A stretch of 19,743 bases of DNA from Pseudomonadota bacterium. Its GTDB lineage: Bacteria; Myxococcota_A; Polyangia; Haliangiales; Haliangiaceae. The notes beneath the pieces are model-generated. The model worked only from the letters and a program-made list of their open reading frames with translations. It did not search any database and was not told the DNA's origin. The translations under genes were made by a program, and so were the position numbers. How positions within the stretch are numbered: position 1 is the first letter of the stretch; every line of letters begins with the position of its first letter. Location: assembly GCA_022360315.1 (NCBI GenBank), contig JAKSDA010000576.1:1-19743 (forward strand), given 5' to 3'. This document shows, in pieces, positions 1 to 8,794 of the stretch.

Positions 1-159
1 CCGAGCCAGAGCGACGAGGCGCGCCGCCAGTGGGTGCGCGAGGAGTGGAGAATACTGGCTGTATTTGACCGACGAGCAAGCCCGCTGGCGGTGATGGATC
101 GCCGCTCTGGCGACGCGGAGAGTTTTTGGACCGGCTCTAAGCCGCGGAGTCGCTCGGCT

Positions 160-270
160 CGGCCATGACAGCCGGGGGGGCCTGGCCCCCGAGCCGGCCC
201 CCCCCGCCCCCCCCCGGCCCGGCCCGAAGTACCAGGCCCCCCGGCCCGGCTCGGTCAGTCTGAAGCTCGA
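160..270. repeat. Low-complexity intergenic tract of G and C homopolymer runs (G7, C8, C9, C6) with a short GC hairpin
   Basis: The sequence is ccgggggggcctggcccccgagccggccccccccgcccccccccggcccggcccgaagtaccaggccccccggcccggc. It lies downstream of the carbonic anhydrase gene. Confidence 0.6.
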
Positions 271-501
271 ATGTTGGCCCATACATCCACTATCGCTGTG
301 GATGGTTCCGCCCCGGGGACAAAACCTCTTGGCTCACATGATTCACGAGCTCACCGGATGCGGTTGTATCTGCTGCGATAAGGCCAAGCACCTGGTGAAA
401 TGGCCCTGTACAGCCTGCGCCCTCGCGTCGTCACCTGAGTCGAGTTTTATGAAAATCAGCTATTTGCGTGTGGTTTGCAGGTGCGAGCCGCACATCGCAA
501 A

Positions 502-1473
502 TTACCGGCTCAGGCTCACCACCCGACCATTGCGCGGCTGCAGCGGCCGGTTGTTGTTGCCATCGTTGCCGGCGTGTTTCAGCTGGCTCAGAGCGTTGCG
601 CAGGATATCTATCTGCTCGGTGGACAGTGTGAGTGGCTCGGAGTACACGAACCAGCGTACGCCTTCGCTGCACGGGGGAGTGGTCAGGGAGCCGTGATAG
701 CGAAAAGTCGTGCGGTCGCTGGGCAGCAGGCCGGAGGCGTCGATCTCCAGCTCGTCGAAGCGGTAGCTCACGCCCTCCTGCCGGGGCAAGATCTGCGCGA
801 GCGTGCGGTCACCGCCCAGCGAAGCCAGCTCGGCGTTCTCGTCGCCAGCTGTGACCAGGATCCCGACGACCGCGAGATCACCCCGCCGGTTGCGATGAAC
901 CAGGTGTAGCTCGAGGACCTGATGCTCGCCGACAAAGGTGTGCTCGCTCGGGGTGTGCCAGTGAAACTGCAACAGCTCGTAGCGCGTACCGGCGATTTTC
1001 AGCCAGCTGCCGGGCTCGTAGTTGAACTGCGCGGTGTGACCGTTATTGACCACGTCGACTGGTGTGGGTCGGTAGTGCAGCCTGAGTTTATCGAGGGTGG
1101 CCATGTCGGCCTGTCCAGGGTTCAGGTCGATCGGCGTCTGCGCCGCACCCTCGCCGCACAGGAACCACTCGGGCGACAGCTCCGCCCATAAGTCCGGGCC
1201 GACACCGTCTTCATAGCCGAATACCGGCCCCGGCTCGGCCGGCTCGAGGATGATCTCACCCACGGTCTCGGTGCCAGGTTCGCTGCGGTCGTCATCACCA
1301 TCGTCACCATCGTCATCATCGTCGTCACCGTCATGGTTGTCATTATGGTAGGTAGCGGCCGCGGCTGTGGCGGCGATGTCGTCGCCGCGGCTCGACTCGC
1401 GGTCGTCCAATCTGGCACAACCCGAGGTGGTGAGGAGGAGCAGGGCAAGGACAAGGTTCAGCTTGGAGTTCAT
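502..1473 (-). CDS. Alpha-class carbonic anhydrase, predicted lipoprotein, with an acidic poly-Asp/Gly linker after the lipobox
   Basis: The translation carries hallmark alpha-CA motifs: QTPIDL, LQFHWHTPSEHT, LAVVGILV and FRYHGSLTTPPCSEGVRWFV. The N-terminus MNSKLNLVLALLLLTTSGC is a signal peptide with a lipobox. The run DGDDDDDDGDDGDDD lies between the lipobox and the catalytic domain. Confidence 0.9.
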   Translation of the reverse strand: MNSKLNLVLALLLLTTSGCARLDDRESSRGDDIAATAAAATYHNDNHDGDDDDDDGDDGDDDRSEPGTETVGEIILEPAEPGPVFGYEDGVGPDLWAELSPEWFLCGEGAAQTPIDLNPGQADMATLDKLRLHYRPTPVDVVNNGHTAQFNYEPGSWLKIAGTRYELLQFHWHTPSEHTFVGEHQVLELHLVHRNRRGDLAVVGILVTAGDENAELASLGGDRTLAQILPRQEGVSYRFDELEIDASGLLPSDRTTFRYHGSLTTPPCSEGVRWFVYSEPLTLSTEQIDILRNALSQLKHAGNDGNNNRPLQPRNGRVVSLSR

Positions 1474-1635
1474 TCTAGGTGCCTTTCATTTTGCGCAGGC
1501 CGTCGCCAAACAGCCCTTCGTGCGCCGTCGCAATGAAAACTAGCAATCCCCGATGAGCACTCGATGAACCGAAAATGAGAGTTACCCGATATGTATATGA
1601 GGATTTGATGAGAGCGCCGGAAATCCAGTTTCGGA

Positions 1636-1672
1636 ACCCGGCGGTGTAGCTGAGTACTGCGGGGAGCAGTGC
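1636..1672 (-). terminator. Imperfect 14-bp inverted repeat at the stop codon of the response-regulator gene; candidate transcript-end hairpin with no U-tract
   Basis: gtagctgagtactg-cggggagc-cagtgctcagctac has 13 of 14 bp complementary. It sits at the 3' end of the HK-RR operon on the minus strand. No T-run follows, so function as an intrinsic terminator is uncertain. Confidence 0.3.
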
Positions 1673-2359
1673 TCAGCTACCTGCTACTTCGATTTTGTAG
1701 CCGAAGCCGCGCACTGTATGAATCAGCCGGGTTTCGCGACCCTGGTCTATCTTTTTGCGCAGCTGGCGTATATAGACCTCGACCACATTGGTGAGCGGGT
1801 CGGTCTGATAGCCCCACACGGCCTCGAGAATGCGCGTGCGGCTGACCACGCGGCCGCTCGAGCTCATCAGAAACTCGAGCAGGGCAAACTCCCGCGGAGT
1901 GAGCTTGATGACCTCGCCGTCGCAGGTCACCTGGCGGATCTCGCGGTCGAGGGTGAGAGGCCCGATCTCAAATCGAGTCAAAGTCGGCCGGTAGTGCGGC
2001 GAGCGTCGCATCAGCGCCTCGATGCGGGCCAGCAGCTCCTCGAACGCGAACGGCTTGGTGAGATAGTCGTCGGCACCCAGGCGCAGGCCTTCGACCCGGT
2101 CCTCGACCGCGTCGCGTGCGGTGAGCATGAGGATAGGCGTGTCGATACCGCGTCCGCGCAGCCGCCGGCAGACCTCGCGTCCGTCCGTTGTCGGCAGCAT
2201 CAGATCGAGCAATATGACGCCGTAGCCGTCGTCGGAGCCGGCCTGGATGCCCTCTTCGCCATCGCTCACCACATCCACCCCGTAGCCCTCAGCTTCGAGG
2301 CCGCGCTTGACGAACGCAATGATGCGTTTGTCGTCCTCGATCAACAGGACGCGTTTCAT
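1673..2359 (-). CDS. OmpR/PhoB-family two-component response regulator (receiver plus winged-helix DNA-binding domain)
   Basis: MKRVLLIEDD...ILLDLMLP matches a receiver domain with the phospho-acceptor Asp. LTPREFALLEFLM...VSRTRILEAVWG...VRGFGYK matches the trans_reg_C winged helix. It overlaps the upstream kinase gene by 4 nt. Confidence 0.92.
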   Translation of the reverse strand: MKRVLLIEDDKRIIAFVKRGLEAEGYGVDVVSDGEEGIQAGSDDGYGVILLDLMLPTTDGREVCRRLRGRGIDTPILMLTARDAVEDRVEGLRLGADDYLTKPFAFEELLARIEALMRRSPHYRPTLTRFEIGPLTLDREIRQVTCDGEVIKLTPREFALLEFLMSSSGRVVSRTRILEAVWGYQTDPLTNVVEVYIRQLRKKIDQGRETRLIHTVRGFGYKIEVAGS

Positions 2360-3951
2360 GTGGTCACGTCCTCATCTGGCAGGTTGGGCAGGCGCAGGCA
2401 CACCCGCGTGCCCTGGCCCGGGCGGCTGTCGATGGTCAGCGTGCCGCCGTGGCGCTCGGCCAGCAGCTGGGCCACGGGCAGGCCCAGGCCGCTGCCCTCG
2501 GGCGCTCGTTTCTGCGCTGCGCGGCCGCGAAAAAAGTGGTCGAAGATGTGGGGCATCTCGTCGGCCGGAATTCCGTCTCCGTCATCGCGCACGCAGAGCT
2601 CGAGCTCATCGCTGTCGTCGGCGTGCAGGGAGAGCTCGATACGGCCGCCGTTGGGGGTGTAGCGACAGGCGTTGTCCAACAGGATCATGACCATCTGGCG
2701 TAGCCGCTGGCTGTCGCCCAGGACCATCGCGCCTTCGCTGGACACGTTCAGAACCAGGTCCTGGTGGCGCTGGGCAGCCAGCGCGGTCACGTCGGTGTGC
2801 AACCTGCGCAACAGCGGCGCTAGCTCGACCGGCTCGCGCTCGATCGGCAGGTCGGACGCCTCGCCGCGGGCCAACAGCAGCAGATCGTCGACCAGCTGTG
2901 CGGTGTGCTCGGCCTGATGGATGATGCGGTTGAGCGACTCGCGATACTCGTCCGCGTTGCTGTGGCGCGCGCGCAGCGTCACCTCCGCCTCGCCCCGGAT
3001 CACGGTGATCGGGGTGCGCAACTCGTGACCGAGCTCGGCCAGGAGCTGGCGGCGCCGTCTGTTCTCCGCCCCCAGCTGCGCGTTGGCCCGCTCGAGCGCA
3101 CGGGTGCGCGCGGCGACCTGGCTCTCCAGGCTGTGCTTGGTCTGAGTGACCTCGACCAGCTCGCGCTGGCTGCTCTCCATGCGTTCGGCCATACTGTTGA
3201 CCGCGTTGCCGAGCTGCGACAGCTCGGTCGGTTCGGAAATCTGCACCGGATGCGAGAAGTCCGAGCGCACGACCCGTGCGGTCGCCGCAAGCAGCTTATC
3301 GACCGGCGAGCCGATGCTCTCCGTCGCCCGCCAGGACAGGATCGTCGAGATGATGAACGTGCACAGCGCGATGACCATGGAACCGGCGAATACGAAGGTG
3401 TGCCAGAAGGCTTCACTTTCCAGGTTTATCGCGATGGCCCGACGTTCGCCGCTCACCGCTTCGTTGAACAGCTCGTGCAAGCGCCGCTTGGCATCCGAGC
3501 CGAGGACATCGGCGACCTGGGCCAGCGTGACCGGACGAGTCGCTTCCGCGTCGCCGCGGACCAGCGCGTCGAGCTGCGCATCGACGGCGGTGAACGCCTG
3601 CTCGATCGCATCGAGTTTGGCCCGTCGCTCGGTCATGTCAGCGGCCCCATCGCTGTCGAGTATGACCAGCTCACTGGCGCGAACAAAGGCGTTCTGGACC
3701 GCCGCGCGCGCGATATCGGGCGCGGTCGCCGCCCGGTCGTCGCCCAGCTGGCGCACGCGCGCGATCAAGTAGCGGTTGCGGGCCAGCGCCAGCTCGATGT
3801 ACGCCTCGAGGGTGTCGTGCTGCAGGTGGTCGCGATCCACGTGCGCCATTGCACGCCACGTGCCCATGGCCAACAGACCACCCACGAATGCCAGCACCGC
3901 GAGCGGTATGGACAGGGCGATGATCAGTTTGCTGCGCAGCGAGGTAGGCAA
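2356..3951 (-). CDS. Membrane sensor histidine kinase (two TM segments, periplasmic helical sensor, HAMP, HisKA, HATPase_c)
   Basis: There are N-terminal and mid-protein hydrophobic segments. The H-box is LGHELRTPITVIRGEAEV. The ATPase motifs are DDGDGIP...GSGLGLPVAQLLAERHGG. The 4-nt ATGA overlap with the response regulator indicates an operon. Confidence 0.9.
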   Translation of the reverse strand: MPTSLRSKLIIALSIPLAVLAFVGGLLAMGTWRAMAHVDRDHLQHDTLEAYIELALARNRYLIARVRQLGDDRAATAPDIARAAVQNAFVRASELVILDSDGAADMTERRAKLDAIEQAFTAVDAQLDALVRGDAEATRPVTLAQVADVLGSDAKRRLHELFNEAVSGERRAIAINLESEAFWHTFVFAGSMVIALCTFIISTILSWRATESIGSPVDKLLAATARVVRSDFSHPVQISEPTELSQLGNAVNSMAERMESSQRELVEVTQTKHSLESQVAARTRALERANAQLGAENRRRRQLLAELGHELRTPITVIRGEAEVTLRARHSNADEYRESLNRIIHQAEHTAQLVDDLLLLARGEASDLPIEREPVELAPLLRRLHTDVTALAAQRHQDLVLNVSSEGAMVLGDSQRLRQMVMILLDNACRYTPNGGRIELSLHADDSDELELCVRDDGDGIPADEMPHIFDHFFRGRAAQKRAPEGSGLGLPVAQLLAERHGGTLTIDSRPGQGTRVCLRLPNLPDEDVTT

Positions 3952-4330
3952 CGCCTCTTCGTAACACGGCAGTTCGTGCCGGGCAAGACAAGCAAATGCG
4001 GCCGTGGTCGCCGACGAGGCCGGCTAAAACACCTCGGCACGGCGACGAGAACGCACCTGTGCGAAGGCATTCACCCAGTGAATTACCCGTGGCGCCAGCC
4101 GATGCGGCCGCAGCAGGTGGTCTCGTGCAGAGCACGGAGTCCAGCACGATTTGGCTCCATGAGTGATCAAATGCGAAAATACCGTGGTATCGGGTCGAAT
4201 GCTTTCGAGGTGGCGGGATCAACACAGCCAGTCTGGCCAGGAATGTGGCTGACTCGAAATCCACGTAGCCGGCCATTGGCTCTTCGATGGTTCTATCATG
4301 AAACTGAATTTAGTTTGGATAGTTCCATGT

Positions 4331-4353
4331 TGCAACCAACAAGAGTGCAACCA
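4331..4353. promoter_or_regulatory. Direct repeat TGCAACCA-N7-TGCAACCA inside a locally AT-rich intergenic island; candidate transcription-factor binding site
   Basis: The 8-mer occurs at 4331-4338 and again at 4346-4353. It sits in an AT-rich stretch (about 4290-4450) that contrasts with the ~66% GC surroundings. The stretch is the divergent upstream region of the histidine-kinase operon and of a possible + strand gene. Confidence 0.25.
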
Positions 4354-4432
4354 TCGGATCAAGGCATACCGCATTCGTCAAAATATTGAGTTTGAATCAT
4401 GTAACTTTTTGCCAAACAATAGTAGTTTTACA

Positions 4433-4858
4433 GTGAAATACGAATACCAGCTCACCGAAAAAGGCTTCGATGCTGCCGGGGTTCTCATTGCGATGATGCT
4501 CTTCGGCGATGCCAGGTCCTTCAGAAAAGCGCGCGAGCCGATCCGGATCTACAGTCGAGCGACCGACCGACGAGTGCAGCCGGTTCTCGTCGACGCCGAG
4601 ACCGGTGAGCCGATCGATCCCCGAGACCTCTACGCTGGTCCCGGGCCTTCCTTTCCCCGGTCCGAATCCGCTACTATTATGAGCAAGCTGTCCGGCGGAC
4701 TCCCGGCGGGCGCCCCATGTGCCCGAAATCGGCTGATCGCCGCTCTCGGCCGGGGCGCACGCAGATTCGGGGAAACGATTTTTCCCGAATGCTTCCAGGG
4801 CGCCGGTCGTGGGGGCCAGATCGTACTCGGCAGCTGCAACCTCACGACAGAGCTATGA
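4433..4858 (+). CDS. Hypothetical protein; coding frame supported only by third-position GC bias, start uncertain (GTG 4433 or ATG 4493)
   Basis: Third-position GC is high in this frame from about 4450 to the TGA at 4856-4858. I recognise no motif. The first ~45 codons of the listed ORF (4298-4432) are AT-rich and unlikely to be coding. Confidence 0.3.
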   Translation: MKYEYQLTEKGFDAAGVLIAMMLFGDARSFRKAREPIRIYSRATDRRVQPVLVDAETGEPIDPRDLYAGPGPSFPRSESATIMSKLSGGLPAGAPCARNRLIAALGRGARRFGETIFPECFQGAGRGGQIVLGSCNLTTEL

Positions 4859-4955
4859 TGGATCGATCATCCGGGCCAGCGCGATCACTGCTGGCTTACC
4901 GAACAGGTCACGCGAGCCAGTATGATGGACACAACGCTCCCCTCGGCTTGCCGTG

Positions 4956-5171
4956 TCACAGATTGTTGGCGAGCAAGCCGATGGCGGCAGCCAGGAGCAA
5001 CACCGTGATGATGCGGCCCCACCACTTGTACTTATCCGACTCTTCTTTGCCCGTGACTGAATCAGCAATCCCCTTGAAACCACTACGCATTCCTGTCATC
5101 AGGCCACCTTTGCGACGACCTGAAGAGCCCTTGCGTCGGCGCCGTTTGCTCTTCCGCTTGCCCTTGGCCAT
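4956..5171 (-). CDS. Small, highly basic protein with a C-terminal transmembrane helix (tail-anchored type); hypothetical
   Basis: The N-terminus MAKGKRKSKRRRRKGSSGRRKGG is strongly basic. The C-terminal segment WWGRIITVLLLAAAIGLLANNL is hydrophobic. Third-position GC is reasonable. The start could instead be at 5198. Confidence 0.35.
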   Translation of the reverse strand: MAKGKRKSKRRRRKGSSGRRKGGLMTGMRSGFKGIADSVTGKEESDKYKWWGRIITVLLLAAAIGLLANNL

Positions 5172-5312
5172 AGACCGAGTATAGCTCGCCCGGTCCATGT
5201 CTCGGTTCGAGTTGGTTAGCAATTTTCACATGGGGCTTGTTTTTTGGCGATGATTCCCGTAACTATGTCTGTCTTTGCTTTCAACCACCCCCAACCACAG
5301 GAGTAAGATGGA

Positions 5313-5813
5313 TTGGACACGTTCGGGCAGCATTTACTGGTGGAGTATCACGGCTGTGATACCGAGATTCTCAATGATTCGACGCGTATCGAGACGATCA
5401 TGTGCAAGGCAGCCGAGGCTGCGCAGGCGACTGTAGTCGCCTCGACGTTTCATCGCTTTTCGCCCTACGGCATCAGCGGTGTGGTGGTCGTCGAAGAATC
5501 TCACTTATCGATACACACCTGGCCTGAATGTGGATATGTGGCCGTCGATTTCTTTACCTGTGGCGAGTGCACACCCGAACGGGCTCACGATTTTATTCGC
5601 GACAAGCTCTCGGCCCAGCGTTCCGAAGTAATGGTTGTGCACCGGGGCACGTTTCCACCGGGGCCGTCGATGCAGATCATGCGTCATTATCACGAAGGTG
5701 ACGATGATACGCCCCGGCCGCGGGAAGGCTCGGCGCATTCCTTGCCGGGGCAAGGCGGACAAGGCGGGGCCGGAGTCTCCCGCATCGATGAATCTCCATC
5801 AAGGGAGGGCTGA
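5313..5813 (+). CDS. speH: S-adenosylmethionine decarboxylase proenzyme, class 1b (SpeH type), with an unusual ~50-aa low-complexity C-terminal extension
   Basis: It starts on TTG, preceded by GGAG. The conserved proenzyme self-cleavage motif VVVVEESHLSIHTWPE is present, as are FHRFSPYGISG and FFTCGE. The C-terminal tail is Gly/Pro/Asp-rich. Confidence 0.88.
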   Translation: MDTFGQHLLVEYHGCDTEILNDSTRIETIMCKAAEAAQATVVASTFHRFSPYGISGVVVVEESHLSIHTWPECGYVAVDFFTCGECTPERAHDFIRDKLSAQRSEVMVVHRGTFPPGPSMQIMRHYHEGDDDTPRPREGSAHSLPGQGGQGGAGVSRIDESPSREG

Positions 5814-5815
5814 CC

Positions 5816-6655
5816 GTGGCGTTATGGTACGAGGAGAAATTCGATGACAAAGCCCGTTACTCGCTGCGAGTCGAGCGCACAGTGTTCGACGAGTGCAGCG
5901 AGTTTCAGCACATTCAGATCGTGGACACGGCGGCATATGGCCGGGCTCTCGTCATCGACGATATTTTCATGACCAGTGACAGGGACGAGTTCTTCTACCA
6001 CGAGATGCTGGTTCATCCAGCACTGGTCACTGCGCCGTCGGTCGAACGAGTGCTCATCATCGGAGGCGGCGATGGCGGTACAGCGCGCGAAGTGCTGCGT
6101 CATAGCGAGGTCAAAGAAGTCATCATGGTGGAGATCGACGGCACGGTGGTCGATGCCTGCAAGAAGCATATGCCGGGTCTCGGTGCCTGGACCGACCCAC
6201 GTCTGCAGGTTCGCATTGATGATGGCATCAGCTTTGTCAAGAATGCCGAAGTCGCACCGTTTGACGTGGTCTTCTTGGACGGGACCGATCCGGTCGGCCC
6301 GGGCAAAGGGCTCTTCAACAGCGATTTCTACCGCGGGGTAAAACGCGTTCTCAAACCGGCCGGTTTGTTTGCCCTGCAGAGCGAGTCGCCGTTTTACATG
6401 GGCGACGTGTTTCTCGATATCCAGCGCAGGTTGGGCGAGATATTCTCCGCTGTGACGCCGTACTTTGGTCCCGTACCGATCTATGCCTCGGGTAGCTGGT
6501 CGTGGACTTGCGCCGGCGACGCGATCGATCTCGCCGCAATGGATGCAGTCCGGCTGGAGGTGGTCGAGCGCGACTGCAAGTACTACAACCGCGACATTCA
6601 TCGAGCTGCTCTGGCGCTGCCAAACTATCTGCGTCAGGTGCTCGGCCGTCGCTGA
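5816..6655 (+). CDS. speE: Spermidine synthase (aminopropyltransferase)
   Basis: The GTG start is 3 nt after the speH stop. VLIIGGGDGGTAREVLRH...VIMVEIDGTVVD is the class-I methyltransferase-like dcSAM site. DVVFLDGTDPVGP and FYRGVKRVLKPAGLFALQSESP are typical SpeE motifs. Confidence 0.92.
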   Translation: MALWYEEKFDDKARYSLRVERTVFDECSEFQHIQIVDTAAYGRALVIDDIFMTSDRDEFFYHEMLVHPALVTAPSVERVLIIGGGDGGTAREVLRHSEVKEVIMVEIDGTVVDACKKHMPGLGAWTDPRLQVRIDDGISFVKNAEVAPFDVVFLDGTDPVGPGKGLFNSDFYRGVKRVLKPAGLFALQSESPFYMGDVFLDIQRRLGEIFSAVTPYFGPVPIYASGSWSWTCAGDAIDLAAMDAVRLEVVERDCKYYNRDIHRAALALPNYLRQVLGRR

Positions 6656-6669
6656 TCGCGGCCTGCCAG

Positions 6670-6694
6670 GCCCGGGCCAGTCCCGGGCTATTTC
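6670..6694. terminator. GC-rich hairpin (GCCCGGG-ccagt-CCCGGGC) between convergent speE and the binding-protein gene, followed by TATTT; candidate bidirectional intrinsic terminator
   Basis: A perfect 7-bp inverted repeat with a 5-nt loop is immediately followed by tattt on the + strand. Confidence 0.45.
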
Positions 6695-7644
6695 CCCAGG
6701 GCAGCGAGCTCGGCGATCACGCGCCGCAGTCGTGGCAGCGCCTCCATGCTGCGCGCGCCGTACCAAAAGAGATCTTTGCCCGACACCAAGCGCACAGCGC
6801 CACGCCTGGCGGCGGGAGTGTTGTGGGTGCAGTAGTGGTCGACGTCGGTCTGGTCAAAAGAGTACGGCTCGTCGGGCAAGAGCACGGCCTCGGGGGCGCG
6901 CGCGATCAGCTCGTCGGTGGAAATGCGCGGATAGCGGGTGTCCCGGTCGCCGATCTGATCGGCTGAAAATGCCGGCCTGTGGCCGAGATCGGCGGCCAGA
7001 GGATAGCGCCGCTCGCGGTTGCCGAAAATGTTGCGCGCTCCGGCCATTGCCAGCATGTCACTGCCAAACGTGTCGCCGCTCATGGTCATGAGCGGATCCT
7101 TCCAGATGGGCACGAATACCCGCAGGCGGCCATCACCTGGCGCGGCTCGAACTTCGGTTGCATCGGCTAGCCCTGCCGCTCTCTGTGCTTTGCCGAGCAT
7201 GTGGTGGCCGCGTCGGATCAGATCGCGGATATCGGGCTTTTCGGCCACTCCCACGATGCGAGCCAGTCGGGCGACATGGGCCAGGCCGTCGGCCACGCGG
7301 CGGGGAAACGATACGTAGACCTGATGGCCGTTTTGAGCCAGCGCCTCAAGCGGCGGGCGGGCGTTTTCTTCCCGATTGCACAGCACCAGATCTGGCTGGA
7401 GTCTTGCCACTGCAGTTACGTCGATGTCCTTGGTGCCACCACAGAGTGGAATATCCTCGACCTGCCCGACCGGCTCGACACAGTATCGGGTCCGCCCGAC
7501 CACACGGTCACCCGCACCGAGAGCAAACAGAGTCTCGGTGTCGCTCGGCACCAGGGAGACGATGCGCTGCGGGGGGCGAATGAATATCACGTCGCGATTG
7601 AGAGCGTCTCGCAGTCGAAATGCCACGGCCCGAGAGTATACCAA
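6688..7644 (-). CDS. Periplasmic-binding-protein fold, BtuF/FhuD-like (cobalamin or iron-siderophore ABC-type binding-protein family), no recognisable signal peptide, TTG start
   Basis: RIVSLVPSDTETLFALGAGDRVVGRTRYC...LQPDLVLC resembles the N-lobe of BtuF-family binding proteins. The C-terminal part is helical-backbone-like. No permease or ATPase genes are adjacent. Confidence 0.7.
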   Translation of the reverse strand: MVYSRAVAFRLRDALNRDVIFIRPPQRIVSLVPSDTETLFALGAGDRVVGRTRYCVEPVGQVEDIPLCGGTKDIDVTAVARLQPDLVLCNREENARPPLEALAQNGHQVYVSFPRRVADGLAHVARLARIVGVAEKPDIRDLIRRGHHMLGKAQRAAGLADATEVRAAPGDGRLRVFVPIWKDPLMTMSGDTFGSDMLAMAGARNIFGNRERRYPLAADLGHRPAFSADQIGDRDTRYPRISTDELIARAPEAVLLPDEPYSFDQTDVDHYCTHNTPAARRGAVRLVSGKDLFWYGARSMEALPRLRRVIAELAALGK

Positions 7645-8018
7645 TCCGGTTGCCAGTGGTTCGCTCCCGCCCGGCCCAGCACGACGTCACATCATCTCGC
7701 GCAGCTGGCCGCACGCGACGTTTCCCGCGCCCACCCGCGGCGAGACACGAAAGACCGGCAGCACAAGGTCAGCGAGGCCAAGAGTACCATTGATCGCACC
7801 TCGGCAACGAGAGCTCCAAAATACATATTTGCTGCCACTTCAATTGTACCGAGGTCGAGGTGCGGACGGCCGAGCCGGGTCTTTGCCCAAAACAAACCCA
7901 ACCTTGCGCTGTATTGGCGCGCATTTGTTGCAGACCGGGGATGGCTGAGCGCAAAGAATACGCGAAATCGCCAGCTGGGCTCGGTACGGATTGGCCGGGA
8001 TCATGCAGCGTGTGGCCG

Positions 8019-8769
8019 CATGAGAGCGATTCCGCTGTGCACGGTGCTTTTTGTTGTGGGTGCCTGTTCCGCTCCTCCGCCGAAAGATCCGGGGCATGCC
8101 CGTCCTTTGAGCGTGAATGAACACATCGAGGAGGCCCAGCGTCACGAGCGCGAGGCCCGAGCTCACAACGATTTATACGTGCCCGGAGCCGAAACCCCAG
8201 ACGGCGCTCCGATCGAGTGTCTCGATCGTCCTCTGGCCGGCATTCCCTATAGCGGGATCGAACCGATCCGGGTGATGCGGCCATGCTGGAACACCCACGC
8301 CAATCCCACTGAACATCACCGTGCCCACGCTGCAGAGCATCTGCGCGCGGCGTCGGATCACCGCGCCCAGGCGGCCACGCTGATCCGGGCCGAGCGCCAG
8401 GCCTGTGCTGGGCTCGGAGAAGAAGAGATCAGTCACAGCCCATTCTTTCATCGGGATGATATCGCCAGGGTCGAGCCATATCGGGTTTCCGGCGACATCC
8501 GCGGCGCCCAGGTCACGTTCAAACCAGTGCGTGGCTTGACTGCAGACTGGCTGCGCCAGTCGATGCGATGTCACATGGCGAGGGCAGCGGTCATGGGCTA
8601 CTCGACTACGTTCATGGGCTACTGCCCACTCATGCTGGAAGGCGTGAGCGCTGAGGTGAGTCGGGCAGCCGATGGATTTGTCGTCACCATCCGGGCCCGA
8701 AAGGATGAAATCGCCGCGGCAATCCTGGGTCGGGCCCGCGATCTGGTTGCTGGCCAGCCCGAGTCATAG
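8019..8769 (+). CDS. Hypothetical lipoprotein, His/Cys-rich
   Basis: MRAIPLCTVLFVVGACS is a signal peptide with a lipobox. The 522-aa listed ORF extends upstream over the neighbouring minus-strand gene, so only the C-terminal 250 aa are credible. There are His clusters (HANPTEHHRAHAAEH) and several Cys. Confidence 0.55.
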
Positions 8770-8794
8770 TCGCGCGGACGACCGTGCGGCATAG

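Noticed and set aside
1-167. Possible 3' end of a + strand gene entering from the left edge
   Set aside because: The fragment is too short and third-position bias is mixed. No recognisable motif, so I could not assign frame or product.
2905-4389. 494-aa ORF on the + strand
   Set aside because: It is entirely antisense to the well-supported histidine-kinase gene. Its translation is Arg/Ala/Gly-rich, typical of a shadow ORF in high-GC DNA.
7201-8018. 5' 270 codons of the 522-aa + strand ORF
   Set aside because: It overlaps the BtuF-like gene on the opposite strand and has no coding signal. The credible gene begins at the lipoprotein signal peptide (ATG 8019).
7645-8018. Searched for a cobalamin riboswitch upstream of the BtuF-like gene
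   Set aside because: Only weak pieces were found: a B12-box-like GAAAGACCGGCAGC at ~7748-7761 on the + strand and CCACTGG on the other strand. They are on the wrong strand and in the wrong order for the BtuF-like gene, and the conserved core elements are missing. It cannot be supported without a covariance-model search (Rfam RF00174), which would be decisive.
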